Assembly (NCBI GenBank): GCA_965113315.1
Contig: OZ220374.1
Length of the DNA stretch: 64,000 nt
From: Podarcis vaucheri
Taxonomy: Eukaryota
Strand: one strand, 5' to 3'
The translations under genes and the position numbers were made by a program. Position 1 is the first letter of the stretch, and each line of letters begins with the position of its first letter. The notes under the pieces are model-generated. The model saw only the letters and a program-made list of their open reading frames with translations. It did no database searches and was not told the origin of the DNA. Of this stretch, positions 37,101 through 51,000 are shown piece after piece.

Positions 37101-40100
37101 AGCAGGAATACTATTATAACTTGGAATAGAGAAATATTATGACTCACTAGATTTTGCTTTTCGAAGCACTTTGTTTCACAGTAACTGGCATCAGCACTCT
37201 GAAAACTATTAAAAACTGGTCTGCCTTTTGTGCTTTGCTGTAAAACGCACACTGACACTCTATCCTAAGTTTGCAAGAAGAATTCAGCAACTTTCTAGAA
37301 TCACAATTTCAGTTATGAAACGTATTTTTTCTGCAAACCTCTGGCAGAAATTAGGCAAAATCCAGCAGATGGCATTAGAGTACAACCCATTGTATAAATA
37401 CTTATACTGGAGATGATACATTTCATTAGCATCCTGATAATCACTACTCAGATTATCTACGTTTATATTGCTTCAGTTATCCTACAGAGGAATTGAGACT
37501 AAAATTGCACAATTATCTACCACTACACAGAAATTAATATTTCAATAAATATATCAAGAGAAAGCAGAATTCATGAGAACTGTATTTTGAAAATCAGGAC
37601 ATGGGTTTCTAAATGCAGTGTGGCCTAACCCATGTTCTAACACCTTAAACTATTTGGCTTATACGGAAGTCTTGATTTTACATCTCACAATGAAAAGAGA
37701 AGTTCCCACAAAAGATTCCAAAAACCATGTACTTTGTTATCTGTTGTAATTTCAAGTTGCTGTTGCAGTTTTGAAATTTGTTCATGAAGTTCATTTATTT
37801 CCTGTTCCTTTTCCTGTATGATCTGCACAAATTTTCCAGCAACTGCATGATGACCCTTTATAGAAGTATCTTCAGGTTTCTGGATAGCTAGTCCCATTTT
37901 TTCCATATCCTCCTACAGACAAAAAAACAGCGGCAAATAATGTAACTTGTGTTTCTCTCATTCTTTTCCATTTACAAGATGAATATACACATATATATTA
38001 ATATATTCTTTTTAAAAAAGAAGAAACCAGGATGTTATGTATTAAAAGTTTTAAAACCTCATGATTTGCAGATGTGTTCATTCAAGAGAAGAAGATGGGT
38101 GGGAAATACCGGATTTCCTTTCCAGATAATTACCTTGAAAAATTTATTCTCTTGCTCAAGTTCTTGTTGTCTTGTAGTGGACTCTTTGTGCTGGATTTCT
38201 AATTGCATGTGCAACTGTTGTACTTCTTCGTTTTTGTTTTCTAGTTCCTCACGAAACTGCTCTAATTGTTCTTCAAGATTTATGATCTATATACCCAAGG
38301 TAAGTGGCAAAGGGATAATATATTTTAAACAAACAAAAACCATAAAAATAAAAACTGTTCTGCACTCTTACGACCATACTTATTTTCAGAAACAAATGTT
38401 TGTATTTAACTTCTAATTTTAAAGACTTAAAAAAATACTCAATTTTACAGTGAGCGTGGAAAATTATGGATGGATGCTAGCTCATTTCTTCTATTCCCTC
38501 ATTCTCAATATAGCACTAGATATACAATGGCTACACACATCCTGAAGATTATTCCAGAGGCGTTGTTTCTTCAGGAAGGTGACAAAGGACCTACAAGAGC
38601 TGGTGGGGCTATCTGTCTGTGGCTGAGGGCACAGTCATTCAGCACCCTGAGGTTTTAAATGGGCATCCACAATTATATCAGGATGGTGATAGCACCCTGT
38701 GGCTAGAGAACATTGCAGTGGGCTCAATAGTAATACTAAACACCCATCAAGTCTGGTGATGAAGCTGGATAACCTGCAGATGACTCAGGTTTTTTAAGAG
38801 GCAACTGTGATCTCCAAGGCTAAAAGTACCCAAACTGACCAGGTGGCTGGGTATGGGGAGACCAGAAGTTGTGTCACAGGGTCTGGAAAAGGGCATCTGT
38901 TGGCCTCTTCCAGACATCATTCCCCTCCACAGCGAGCTAAGCAAGATTTGAGCTGGCTTATATCTAAGCAGAAGCAGCCATACCATACCATGGCTCTGCC
39001 TTTGCCTTGCGGCTCCCAAGCTATGCGGTCGCATATACATTTGCCATGAATGTGGTATGTGGCTCTCTTTGCTCCTCTTACCTCCACTCGGGGGGACAGT
39101 TTCATCTAGGCCACATGTCTGGCCCGCAGAAGAAAGCCAGGCTCATACAATGGAGCCATGTGACTATTCTGACCCTCTGCACCCTCTGCATCCTGTGAAG
39201 TTGGACTGAAATGAATTATATGAAATATTAACTTATCTGCATTATTGAAAGGGATACTCTACCTCTTTTTCTTTCCTGTCTACAGCTTCTTGCTCAGCCT
39301 GTAACTGTGCTTCAAGGGGCAATTCTCTCCTTATTGTTGTAGAGCCAAACTGCTTCCTTTCCTCCACCTTTTAAAGTAAGGATATTAGCTATCACATCTC
39401 TTTAATTCACAATTAAACAACTGAATGTTCTTGTTGATAATAAATATATAAAAACATTGTCCACAAAAAAATACCTTTTGCAAACTGTCTGCACTGATCA
39501 TTAAAGCTTGTTCCAGTTCTCTGATTCTGCACTCTAATTTCTCAATTTCTTCGTTCCGTTCTTGCACATCTCTCTGAAGTTGCTCCTTAGAGAGCAAAAG
39601 CTCACTGCATTTGTCTGTTTTTTCTTTGAGGTGATTTGTTAACTGCTCAACCTGGTGACAATAGGCAGGAACGATATTTCAAACCTCTTGAAATATTAAG
39701 GATGAAGAACTCGTTTGATGAAGGCTCCAGAAGATGTATGCTAATGTAGGTCATAAGTTCAAACACAAATTTACTGTAACGTTAACCGAGTTAAATTGCG
39801 TAGGAGAAAAAGAGGCAGGAAGTAAGAAGAAAGCTTTCAATCTCTGAAGTATTTAGGTACAAGGAGCTACTTAGTAACCAGAAGCCAAGAGAATAAAGGC
39901 AAGTAAGATGGAAGACTCAAGAGAAAGCACATTGAAAGGAAAGAAAGGATGTTGGCCGCCACGCATACTGAAATGGAATGTTCAGTTATGAGGCAGCCAG
40001 AAAGACCTCATTGAGAAAGAAGTAGTAATTGGCCAAAGAAAGATAGCAAGTGAAAACCAATTAACAAAACACTCCCCAGTGGGTGGACAGCTACCAGTTC

Positions 40101-41782
40101 AAACTGTATGTACAACAGACAGAAATTACGCAGAAGCTCAAGCCTGCCAAATTAAAAAGGATGTTGTTTCACAAACACAAATTAAACAAAACCCAAGAGT
40201 GAGTTGTTGAACTCTTAAAAGATTTATTTCAGCTTTCACATGTGGACTATTTCATCTGATGAATGAAGGGTTATCTGCAACTTCTTCCAGATTAGAGACT
40301 GATGTATGGATAAACATATAGACAGACACACAGGCAGACAGACAGAGTTGAAGGGGGGATAGAACACTGGAGTGCAAAACCATGATTACTTCCCGATATG
40401 ATATGGTTGCTGTGATTATTTTATACGAATTTGAGATTTGCACAGAAACATCGTAGAACCACCTTTGCCAAGATACTGCTATAACTCTGTAGATTAGTCC
40501 CATTGCTGGGGCTAGTGGCAGCTATAGTGCAAAACATCTGGCAAGCACCAGGGTGTTTGTGCTGCAGTTGTACCCATAGACCTTTGGGTTCACGGTTTGC
40601 ACTTCCCCACTTTATCTAGTCTCTCTGTGGTGTTAGCTGTGAACCTGACAAAGTGGGCCCTAGTTCACAAAAGCTTATGCTTCAATAAAAGTCTTTAAAC
40701 ATGCTTCAAAATGTTTTGTTTTTATTGAAACAGGTGAACATGCTTCACCCCTGGAATGTGTCACAGATTAAAACTATGTCAGCTATGTCTGCCACATGGA
40801 AAAAACACTGCCCTAATTCAAGAAAGAAAGATAAACAACCATAAAAGATGCATATCTTTCTGTATTAATGATAAAAAGCAAATTTACAAAATTCTAAGTT
40901 TTCCCTTTCATTATCCCTATTCAGTAAATAGAAATCGTTTATTCAATCTTCCCAGTGATTCCCACAGAGCCTCTGCTCCAACCCAGTTTGCATACGGCCT
41001 TTGGAACTCACTTTGATTTTGTAAAGGGTGTTGACTGACTGCATTGGGACTATCATTAGGAAATGAATGAACTAAAAAACACACCTGAAAAAAAACTGTG
41101 GTTTTGGCTATTAATTCTACAAATAAGTGGTTATAACAATGTGTAGCCCAATTGCATACAATAGACCTTAATTGTTCGAAGGAAATATGTGAAGGATTGC
41201 AGCCTTTAGCTTAATTCAAATCTTATTTTTCTGGTTTGTTAACTGACATTAAGACAGAATTCCCCAGTTTGACTGTAACAAAGTACTCTGGCTTACTGCG
41301 AGACCAGATCTTTGTGCCAAAGCTGGCATGCAATTGGGAAGTAGGAAGGGTGACAGAGGAACATGTAGTCATGACACTTGTCCATGGTCATAAACAAAGG
41401 ATTATGAAACCTTGGACAATTGTCCAAACAGAGGACTTTATTGTTGTACATTTTCAACATTTCAGTTTATGTATTTATGGTAAAACAAACCAACAAACCT
41501 GTATCTTACCTCTCTGTTTTGGTGTTCATTGACTGGCTGAAATCTCTGGGGAATCTTAAGCTGGTGCTCCAGTTTCACAATCTCTTGCTGGAAAACATCT
41601 CTCTCATGCTCCCTATCAATTGCCTGTTCCTGAAAATGTAACCATTATATTTCTTATGGCAAACATGTTCAAATGAACTTCAAAATTAACTCATGGTATC
41701 TTGTTTTCAATTTTACTTAAAACTAAACAAGATTTCCAAAATGAGTGTAATGATACCGCAGTGCTTCTGCTTTTATCAATAA

Positions 41783-41821
<39 letters not shown>

Positions 41822-44800
41822 GTTACCAGTAAATAGCAGAAGTCCACAGAAAATCAACTTTCTAGTTGGAACATAACCACTGATGTTTTATCAAAGTACT
41901 GTAGTCAGATGGCTTATCTTCCCTTATGACTATGAAAATGTGACAAGCACTGGGCCCAAGATATTTGGCACATGCCTGATTGTCTATATACATTTGTGGC
42001 AGGGCTGATAGCAATACATTTTTATATACAGTGTAGTGCCATTGCAGACAGCCAAGGCAGAAACTAAATATTGTAGATGCTTGACAAAGTACTGGCAATT
42101 CTTTTTCTGGCACAGAGCTTAATGTGCTTGCTTGTACTTTAGGCTACTGTTTAGATATCAACTCAAATGGGCCACCTTAATAAATACACAAACACTTGGG
42201 GCCATCTCTAGAATACAGTCATACCTCATGTTATGGATGCTTCAGGTTACATGTTTTTGGGTTATGGACCGCGGGAAACCTGGAAGTACCAGAACGCTTC
42301 AGGATGCGAACGCTGCTGGTTGCGGACATGCCTCTGTCACAGATTATGTCCACAACCCAAGGTTCCACTGTACTATGACTAATGATTCTCTATTACTCAT
42401 CATGTCTGGAAAAATACATCTCACACATTGTTTCATAAGATGTCAGGGTGTGGCTATGTGCTCTCCTAAAGTATTTTTCAAGGTCCGATTTTTTTTATTA
42501 TTATTACCAAGTCTACATTTAGCAAATTTCAAATTCTGAAATTGTGATCAACGTTGTTCTTCATTCCTTTTAAGAACACCTACATTTTTAATTTGCATTA
42601 AAAAAAGTAATCTGCATCAAAATGTAAAAACGCACAGAAAGCTTTTTTAATGTGCAGTATTAACTAAATTAGAGTATGGTCTTTTTGTCTCTCTCCCACT
42701 TTTAAAAAATTCTGTCATATATGGCTAGCAGGATTTGCAACCCATCTCTTACTTACATCTAGAAATTTTTTTGTTTTCTCAAGCTGTTTCTCCAGAGCTT
42801 GGTTTTGTTGCCTTAGATCCATCAGTTCTGCATTTTTTTCATGCTCCAGTTCCAAATATCGGCTGACTTGCTCCTCTATATCAGTTTCCAGTGCCTTCAC
42901 CTGCTTTTGAAGGTAGTCATATTCTTTTTCTGCTTGCCGCTGCACCTCTATTTTTTCCCTCATGAGCTTTTCTGTTTCCGCCAGCAACTCTGTTTTATAA
43001 AGGCATCAGTTGTTGTTTCGGATAGGAATTGTTACCTTAGCCTATCAGAACAAATTCACTCCCAAAACAATGTATTCATGCTATAGTATAATAAAGGATG
43101 GAAATAGGTTTGGGTTTTACCAGAATTATGTGGTATCTCTCAATAAAAGGAGGGAGGTATGGAAGGAAGATATCACAAAAAAGTCATACAAAACCCCAGA
43201 ATGAAAGCTGAAACACTCTCAGTTTACTTTAGGACACACCAATTTTAATGATTAATCACGTATACGGGTCACCGTAACAAATCATAACTGCATATATTTC
43301 ATTCAGTACTGGGGAAAATGTATGATGGCATTAAAACCCAACTGTCTTCTCATCCAGTAGGACTGATCCAAGTTAACAAAAAAAATGGTCCATGAAATGG
43401 CACATACAACGTTTAAATGTGAAAACACTATAGACCTTCACCTGGTGAGTTATAGAAAGGACAGCGAAGGAAATGTCTTACCTGCAACGGAGATTTTCTG
43501 TCATCGGTGTTGTGTTTAAACACCTTACTTCCCCCATCCCCTGCCCTTCAGTTTTAAAAAAATGCTTTTCACGATGTGGGAAAATGCTATCATATTTACG
43601 GCCTACAGTGGCATGGGGCTATTGGAACAGATTGCCTTCCAATGCCACTCCAGTCACATTGGATGTTGGAGGCCATATTGGACTATCTGGTGACACTGAT
43701 ACTTGCTGTGTCGGCAACACTCCTTCTGAGATTTGGGCTACATTAACGTGAACAGGAGGTACATTGTGATCTCTTCCCAGCAGAGCTAAGGCTTCCAATA
43801 CACAGAGTGGACATGCTTAGTCAACTCCCACTGAATTGGGCTCATCACGTACATATCTCCTAACATTTTGTATAGCCAGAAATAACATCAGGATAAACGC
43901 TTTATAATGTGATTCACCAGTATAACAGATACAGATACTGCAATCACAAAATGCTTGTTGATTTTTTAAATGAGGAATACTGCAGAGTAATGGATTTATT
44001 GATAAGGATCTTTTATCATATAAATGAAAGAAAAAGGAAAAAAAGTCACCAGATAGTGGCCATTTTGCATTACACAATACAGAATATTTGGGGACCATCA
44101 TCTTACATCATGCTTGCTTGCTTAAACATCGTATGTCAATACAGAAGTCATATTTGGCAAAGGTATTATCTACCAATGTATTTGCAGTTTTCAAAGCAAA
44201 GTATTACTACTACCTGTGCTCGCAAACTAATTGACTAAGATGATGGTTATTAAATGAATCTGCTTCACTTTACTAATGTATTGCACTTAGAAATTGTGAG
44301 CAACTGTCAAAAAGAAAGTTGTGAGTATGAAACACAGTATCAAAGCTGCAGCCCAGTATAAGTTAATGTCAGTAAGCTGAAAGCCCAAAGAGAGACCATG
44401 ATTAGCAAGTGTCAGTAGCTGTTAAATCTGCCACCCAATGAAAGATTGGCCATGCAATGTACAAACACACCTGCTTGGGAAGCTGCATCGACTGCAGCAT
44501 CTACTAGGCCTAGGAGAACAGAAAAAAAAAACAAGAAGCAAAGTAATTCACATGCCATCTATAGCTTTCTTAAGGTGTAATACTGTATAAGAAAAATGAA
44601 GTTGAAGACAGAATGCTGAGTTCAGTGAAAATGCCTGATGATGCAAGAAATGTGTCATTAATCTGTTAAGTACGATAGTTACGTGTTTTTCTACTATTTT
44701 AATGTGGAATATCCATTTATTATTCCACAAAGTTTCATGAACACACTATAGATGTTCCACTGAAAAGCCCAGGTAACATACCTGCTATTAAATGTACTGA

Positions 44801-47800
44801 TTACTAGATTATTGCAAAATAGAAACCCACGTCCTAATCTTGATAGTTTTACATGATACATTTATTCAAATGTAATTAACTCACAACTACCTCTTTTGAT
44901 CATTATTGCTTCTTCAGCTTTTTTTAAAAAAATCTAAAACTTCACATGCTCCTTATAGAATAGAGATGATATTCTTAAGTGAACACCTTTAGCATGTCAA
45001 TGTACTCTTTACAATAAACACTGTTTCAATAAGATGTCTCTTACTGGGGGAAAAGAGGATTAAAACATTAATTTGCTTTAGGGAGGCAAATATTAGTGGA
45101 ACAAACACTTAAGCACATTAAACAAGCTTTGTGTCTTCTTTTTAGAAGCTATCCAGCAAAAAGGTAGGCACAACAGAATACAAAATTTAAAAAATTAGGG
45201 GTTTTGCTTCCTGAGCAGTTTCTTTGTGGGGGAAAAAGAGACAGTATGAGTATTTTTATATAAAAATCAACTTATACACAATCTTCCTACTCATCAGTTT
45301 CTAGCAATCATCTAGTGAATTGGAACACTCTTCAATATCTATACGTATTTCTCCAGTTACATTTAAATATTCTATTTTTTGGACAAATGTAGTGTTATAG
45401 TTACAATGTTGGGTTTAGGTAAAGGAAAGCCCATCTCAGCTCACTAGGTGGCCTTGGGTAAATACAATAATTTAAGCTACCCTATTTCACAGAATTTAAA
45501 AGGTAAAATGTTGTTCTGAGCATATTGAAGGAAGAGGCAGCTGAAAACATAACTAATATATTTTAGCTGAAACAACATTCTGATTGGGTTGGACTAGATT
45601 ACCCTTGGGGTTCTTTGCAACTCAACACTTATATGATTCCATGATTGCACCCCAATATTCCTTATGTATGTTAACTGGACCTAACCATAAACCCATGTGT
45701 TTTCACCGGGGGAAGATTCAATTCAGCTTCCCCATCTGGTTGTAAATGCCTTCATCCTTTTGGAAATGTTACTAAGAAAAGGTACATGAATCCTTTGGGG
45801 TGAGGAGTTGGCTTGTTAAAGAAAGCTGATATGATCTCTTAACTGAAACATCCACTTGCGATAATATTAAGAGTTTGGATTGTTCTCTCAGTGGGAAGGT
45901 GGCATCTATTGATATGTGTGTGTGTTTCAAGATGGATTTAATCCCACCAATATTATTTTTTTAAAAAATATTTCTATAGGCATCTTAGCATGGTGCCCTT
46001 GTTTGCTTAAGGCAAAGTGGTGGATTTTTCATGTTTCTTTTGCAAAGAAGGTAAGGTACTGTTGCACAGAGGTCAGCTGACCTGATAGGAAGACATACCC
46101 TCCCAACCAGTTTTACAAAAGTGAAGTGAAAAATCTACTAAATAGTAACTGGTTAAACCAGATAAGATCTTTGGAAGACTGAGGGGAATACATACGTTGT
46201 TCTACTGGTCCTGCATCAGCTTTCATAGCATCCTTTTGTCTGAAGAGTAACTCCTTCTCTTCTTGAAGCTGCTGTCGCTCAGCCTCTAGTTCCTGTAATT
46301 TGTTACCTGTACAGAGTAGCTCTTGCTCAAGATGGTCTATTGCATCTGTTTTTTCCTGGATTTGCTCTTCCAGAAGTGATTTTTCATCTGCATAGCCATC
46401 AATAAGATCTTTAGGAACAAGAAAAATACTGAAATTAACCACACTGGTTTCCAAGCATATATTTCAAAGAAAAGAAAAGTTTTAGAAAACATGTTGACAA
46501 CTCTGACCAGAATATCAACAGCTGTTGAAATAAGTGGAAGAGCTTTATCCTATGTGATTGAACCTAGAATATTTTTTTGCCTTCAATTTCAGCTTCACAT
46601 TCCCAAAGTGCCATATATTTAATTAAATTTGTGAGACAGCTTCTTCATGGGGTGGCAACATGACTGTATGTCTGCATGCATGTCTGAGTGAAATGTGTAC
46701 ATGTGTGTATTTGACTGTCATGTTCACACATTCATAGGTGATGATGGGATTCAACACACCATCCGAACAGGCCTAAAGATCTTAAATTCAATAAATTCCA
46801 AAGAGCCCTGCTATGTTAGTGGGCATAACTACATACTAATAAAAGTTGCTTCAAGGTGTTCATTTATCTGTAAAGTGTTTGGGGTGATGAATTTTTACTA
46901 ATAATTTCTTCCTGAAATTATGTATTAAAACTTCATAGACATAAAAATAGGTAGGTCTTAAATTGGTATGAATTATACTAACCCACTTGTTAACTGTTCA
47001 TAATTTTTTAAAAAATACACGTTTACTTTTCCAGCTGTTTTAACAGAATTAAAAAACTAGTAAATGTCTTTAATTAATTATTTCAAAGGTTTTGCATATT
47101 GTATACAACGAAATGGGCTTTGTCTCAAACACCTTACAATGGCTATTGCAAACACAATGGCTGCATTCACACAAGAATGCACAGATGGCTCCCACTTCAC
47201 ATCCCCCCGGCGGGAGCAACAAATCACAATTCCTGGCTTAGCGTTTCACTGAACAGCGGTCACTGTTCCGCTCCAAACTACCATGTGAGGGCAAGGTTTC
47301 TTTAGTATAACGTGTGTCTGTGTAGTTATGATAAATGCAATGTTCTCAAAAGGGACAATAATTAACAATATGCTCATACTGAATCTATTATTATTCTTAG
47401 GAAAATATAATTAACCAGCAATTAGTCACCCGCCACAGTTTAATGCATCACTACTGCAAATTAGGCCAATGTGGGTTTTTTTGAACCACTGAATTTCCCC
47501 CAGCATAAGATTTGTTGATTTATGAGCTCCCAGATTAGATGCATCAATAAAAAGGTACTTCAACAAGTCTTCACATGTTAAAGTTGGTTGTTTCATAGTT
47601 GAACAAACCTGAATTATGAGACTACAATGCCAGCAGTCCCTTAAAATGATAACGTGAAGATTTATAGAAATGTAGATAATGTACCACACCAAAACCCAAC
47701 TCAGATGAAAGCCCATTTAGTATGTTATGCATAAAAAAGCATGTTTGGCAAACCTTGGTATTTTAAGGGAACACAAACCTACAGACCTTTATTGCCTCTT

Positions 47801-48043
47801 CACCAACACAAGAGCTAAACATTCCAAGTACGGTACTTTGCAACATTATTTGCCCTTTCCCACACTTTAGTCCCACTGAATTTTCTACTGTCCTGAGTTA
47901 GATTTCTTGTAAACATGAGAGAATTTGAATTCCTGTACTTGGTTAGGATTCAAAGGAATACTTTAGTTATGTCCAAGGAGCTATGCTAGTCTGGTGGATA
48001 TTTTCCTTTTAAAAAGCTGATCCCCAACTCAAATCAACCTTTG

Positions 48044-48094
<51 letters not shown>

Positions 48095-51000
48095 TATTTT
48101 ACAACAGATATGCTTTTTGATGGTAGTGGTGGGGTGGGAGTGTTGATGCTAGGTACATCAAACAAGTTGGGCCTGCCTTTGAATCCCAATCTTTTTCTTT
48201 ACTTTCTGAAAGCCTATAAACTTGCTCTTTAAGTAACAGTGGCACCAGGATCTACCAGCCCATGTCAGCCAAACTGATATACCAATGTATAGCTTATGCA
48301 TCTGGTTACTTGTCCTAGGATGATATTACCATATGAAAAGAAAACTGGACACGTCATAGGACGTGTGGTGAAATGGGTGTGTTTTATTAACAAAACCATT
48401 CAATACTATTCAACATAACTCAGGTGGTCAGAAAGGCCCAACAGAGACTTAGTTGGTCAGAAAGGCCCAACAGAGACTCCATTTCCTCAGGGTCTTGCAA
48501 AAGAATAATGTTAAACAACAACTGATCAACTCCTTTTACTGGTCCACAATAGAAAGTGTCCTTTCATATTGTATCACAGTCTGGTATGCTGGCCTGACAG
48601 CCGCGGACAGAAAGTCTCTACAGAGGGTGGTGAATACAACACATGATATCATGGGCTGTCCCTTAAGTCCGCTAGATGACATCGCAAGGGATCATTGCCT
48701 TAGGAGAACGAGAAAAAATCTCAGGGATGACTCACACCCTGGCCATCACCTCTTTAATCTTCTCCCCTCGGGCAGGAGATATAGAAGTATAAACAGCCAT
48801 ACCAACAGGCTAAAAAATAGCTTCTATCCGTGGGCTGTTTGGCTGTTGAACAGAAAATAACATCGCAAAATTGACTTGCGAGGTGGTGTGTTGTTCGATA
48901 AAAGATTGAGTATTTGAGGGGGGGCAAGCTCAATTAATTTAATTGTACACAGGTTGTACAATGACAATAAAGGTATTATTATTATTACTATGTGAAGCAG
49001 GATTGTGTGCATGTGCACATACTTTAGAGCTGCAGACACTACTTAACATGTAAAGAGGGTTTTAAATCTTTATGACAGGACAGAAGGCCATAATTTGGAC
49101 AATTTTTTGTATGAATGCACATTCATCATTGGAATTCTACCAAACGAGAAAGTTTGCAGTAGCTTAAATCTGCCTTTTTTAAATAAAAAATAAAAAAATT
49201 CCTTCCAGTAGCACCTTAAAGACCAACTAAGTTAGTTCTTGGTATGAGCTTTCGTGTGCATGCACACTTCTTCAGATTTTTTAAATCAAGGTGACAAAAC
49301 CAGAATCTAAAGGAGTTGGCTGCTGTAATGTCAGAGACTGTAAATACTGCTCCCAAGAAGCAGTCATGAATCAGATCTTTTTTTAAAAAATATGGCACTC
49401 AATTTCATGAGAACTGCCCAAGGGCACATTAGTAAATCACAAATCCTCATTAGAAAGTAGTATTTGTCTTAAGAAAAAATGCAATTCCACAGATTTCTTT
49501 TGACAAATTTTGCAAGCTTGATGAATACTGTTTTGTTGTTAATAAATAGTCTGAAGTAAAGTTATTTCTAGCACAATCCTATCAACCTTTACTCAGAAGC
49601 AAGTCCTACTGAGTTCAATTAATCTTATTTTCTAGTAAATATGTTTAGGATTGCAGCTTTAACACACAGTTTGTTTGTTTGTTTGTTTGGGCTGCTGAAA
49701 GCAGCCAATAAGCAACACAAGAATACCTTTAAAGAACAATTCTAAGCATCAATTTTTTTAAGAAGCAAAGCACAATTATCCAAAAATTAAAATAATTTCT
49801 TTGGCTTTTAGTACAATGTAAGTAATCTATTTTTGTATCAGTCAGAATTTATTTATTAAATGCCAATGTACAGCCTATTAAAGGACAGGTTCATATGCTG
49901 ATTTCTGTGAATGGTTCAGTGCTGCCAAATTCTGGCTCTTTGATTTATCAACTAAATCATTGACCCATGACTCAAACACCTGTTGATTAATTCAAAGGCT
50001 CATTCAAAATCTAGGATCATATGCATTTCAAAGGAGAGCTGGCTGAAAAGTTGAAATGCTGTAAAAGAGAGGCCATCCACCAGCTATAACATGACTTTCC
50101 TTGTATTTAACTTTTTTATAATTAGTTAACAAAAAAGTTGTTTAAGTTGAGCCCTAGTTTTTGAATCTTGCCTTTATGCCTTGCTCAGTAAACAGAACTT
50201 TTCACAAATAATCTGTGTCTTACCCTGCACTAATGTCTATTGAAAGAACGAGTACAATGGTGATAGGTTTCTATGGCAACAGACATCCTGTTATACAGGT
50301 TTAACAGATTCTGAATCATACACAAAATGTGATATTATGAGTAAAGAGCTCATTACTCCTACTGGTGGCATGCAAATTGAGAATATTCACAATGATGAAA
50401 GCATCGTCTATAAAATACGCCAGAGTTGAACCAACCATGAAAACCCTCATTTTGCAATTTTCTCATCAATAAATGCTCAAGACACTGCTGCTGTCCATTA
50501 CAGAACAAATGAATGATAATGATGGTCTTAGGATATAACCTTTAATGTAGTTTAACTTGAAGCACAGGTTGAAAAAAAAGAGGTTAGATTATACACTGCA
50601 GAAGATTATGAAAATCCTCTCCCCCTTATTTCCCCCTAACCTTGGCACAAGATACTCATTTTTTATTTTAGTCTTCATTTCTGCTCTCTGTCTGTCTGTT
50701 TCGCATTGTGGCTGCTTTCCTTTCTCTCAGAGAGGTATGAATTAATTTTGTTTTCTATTTGCTTGCACCTTCCTTTTCTCTACTGCTGAAAAAGAAGGAT
50801 AATTTATCCATAACTACCTGAAAATTTGACATGGATTCAAGAGATCACTAAATGAGTTGCTCTATGATTCTGGCAATTTTTGGGGCAAAGAATGCAAATA
50901 CTGCAAACACTGACATAACGAAGAGAAAGGATTTACTATGCCTTAAACATTTAAAGCCTTATACAGCAGATGAATCATTACTTACTCTCTGCTTTGCTAA

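Noticed and set aside
43482-43800. Strong minus-strand donor (ttgcag|gtaaga at 43481) as an extra AKAP9 coding exon
   Set aside because: The phase-1 frame needed by the next exon has a TGA 16 nt upstream of the donor, and no frame-preserving acceptor was found. A non-coding or poison exon cannot be excluded.
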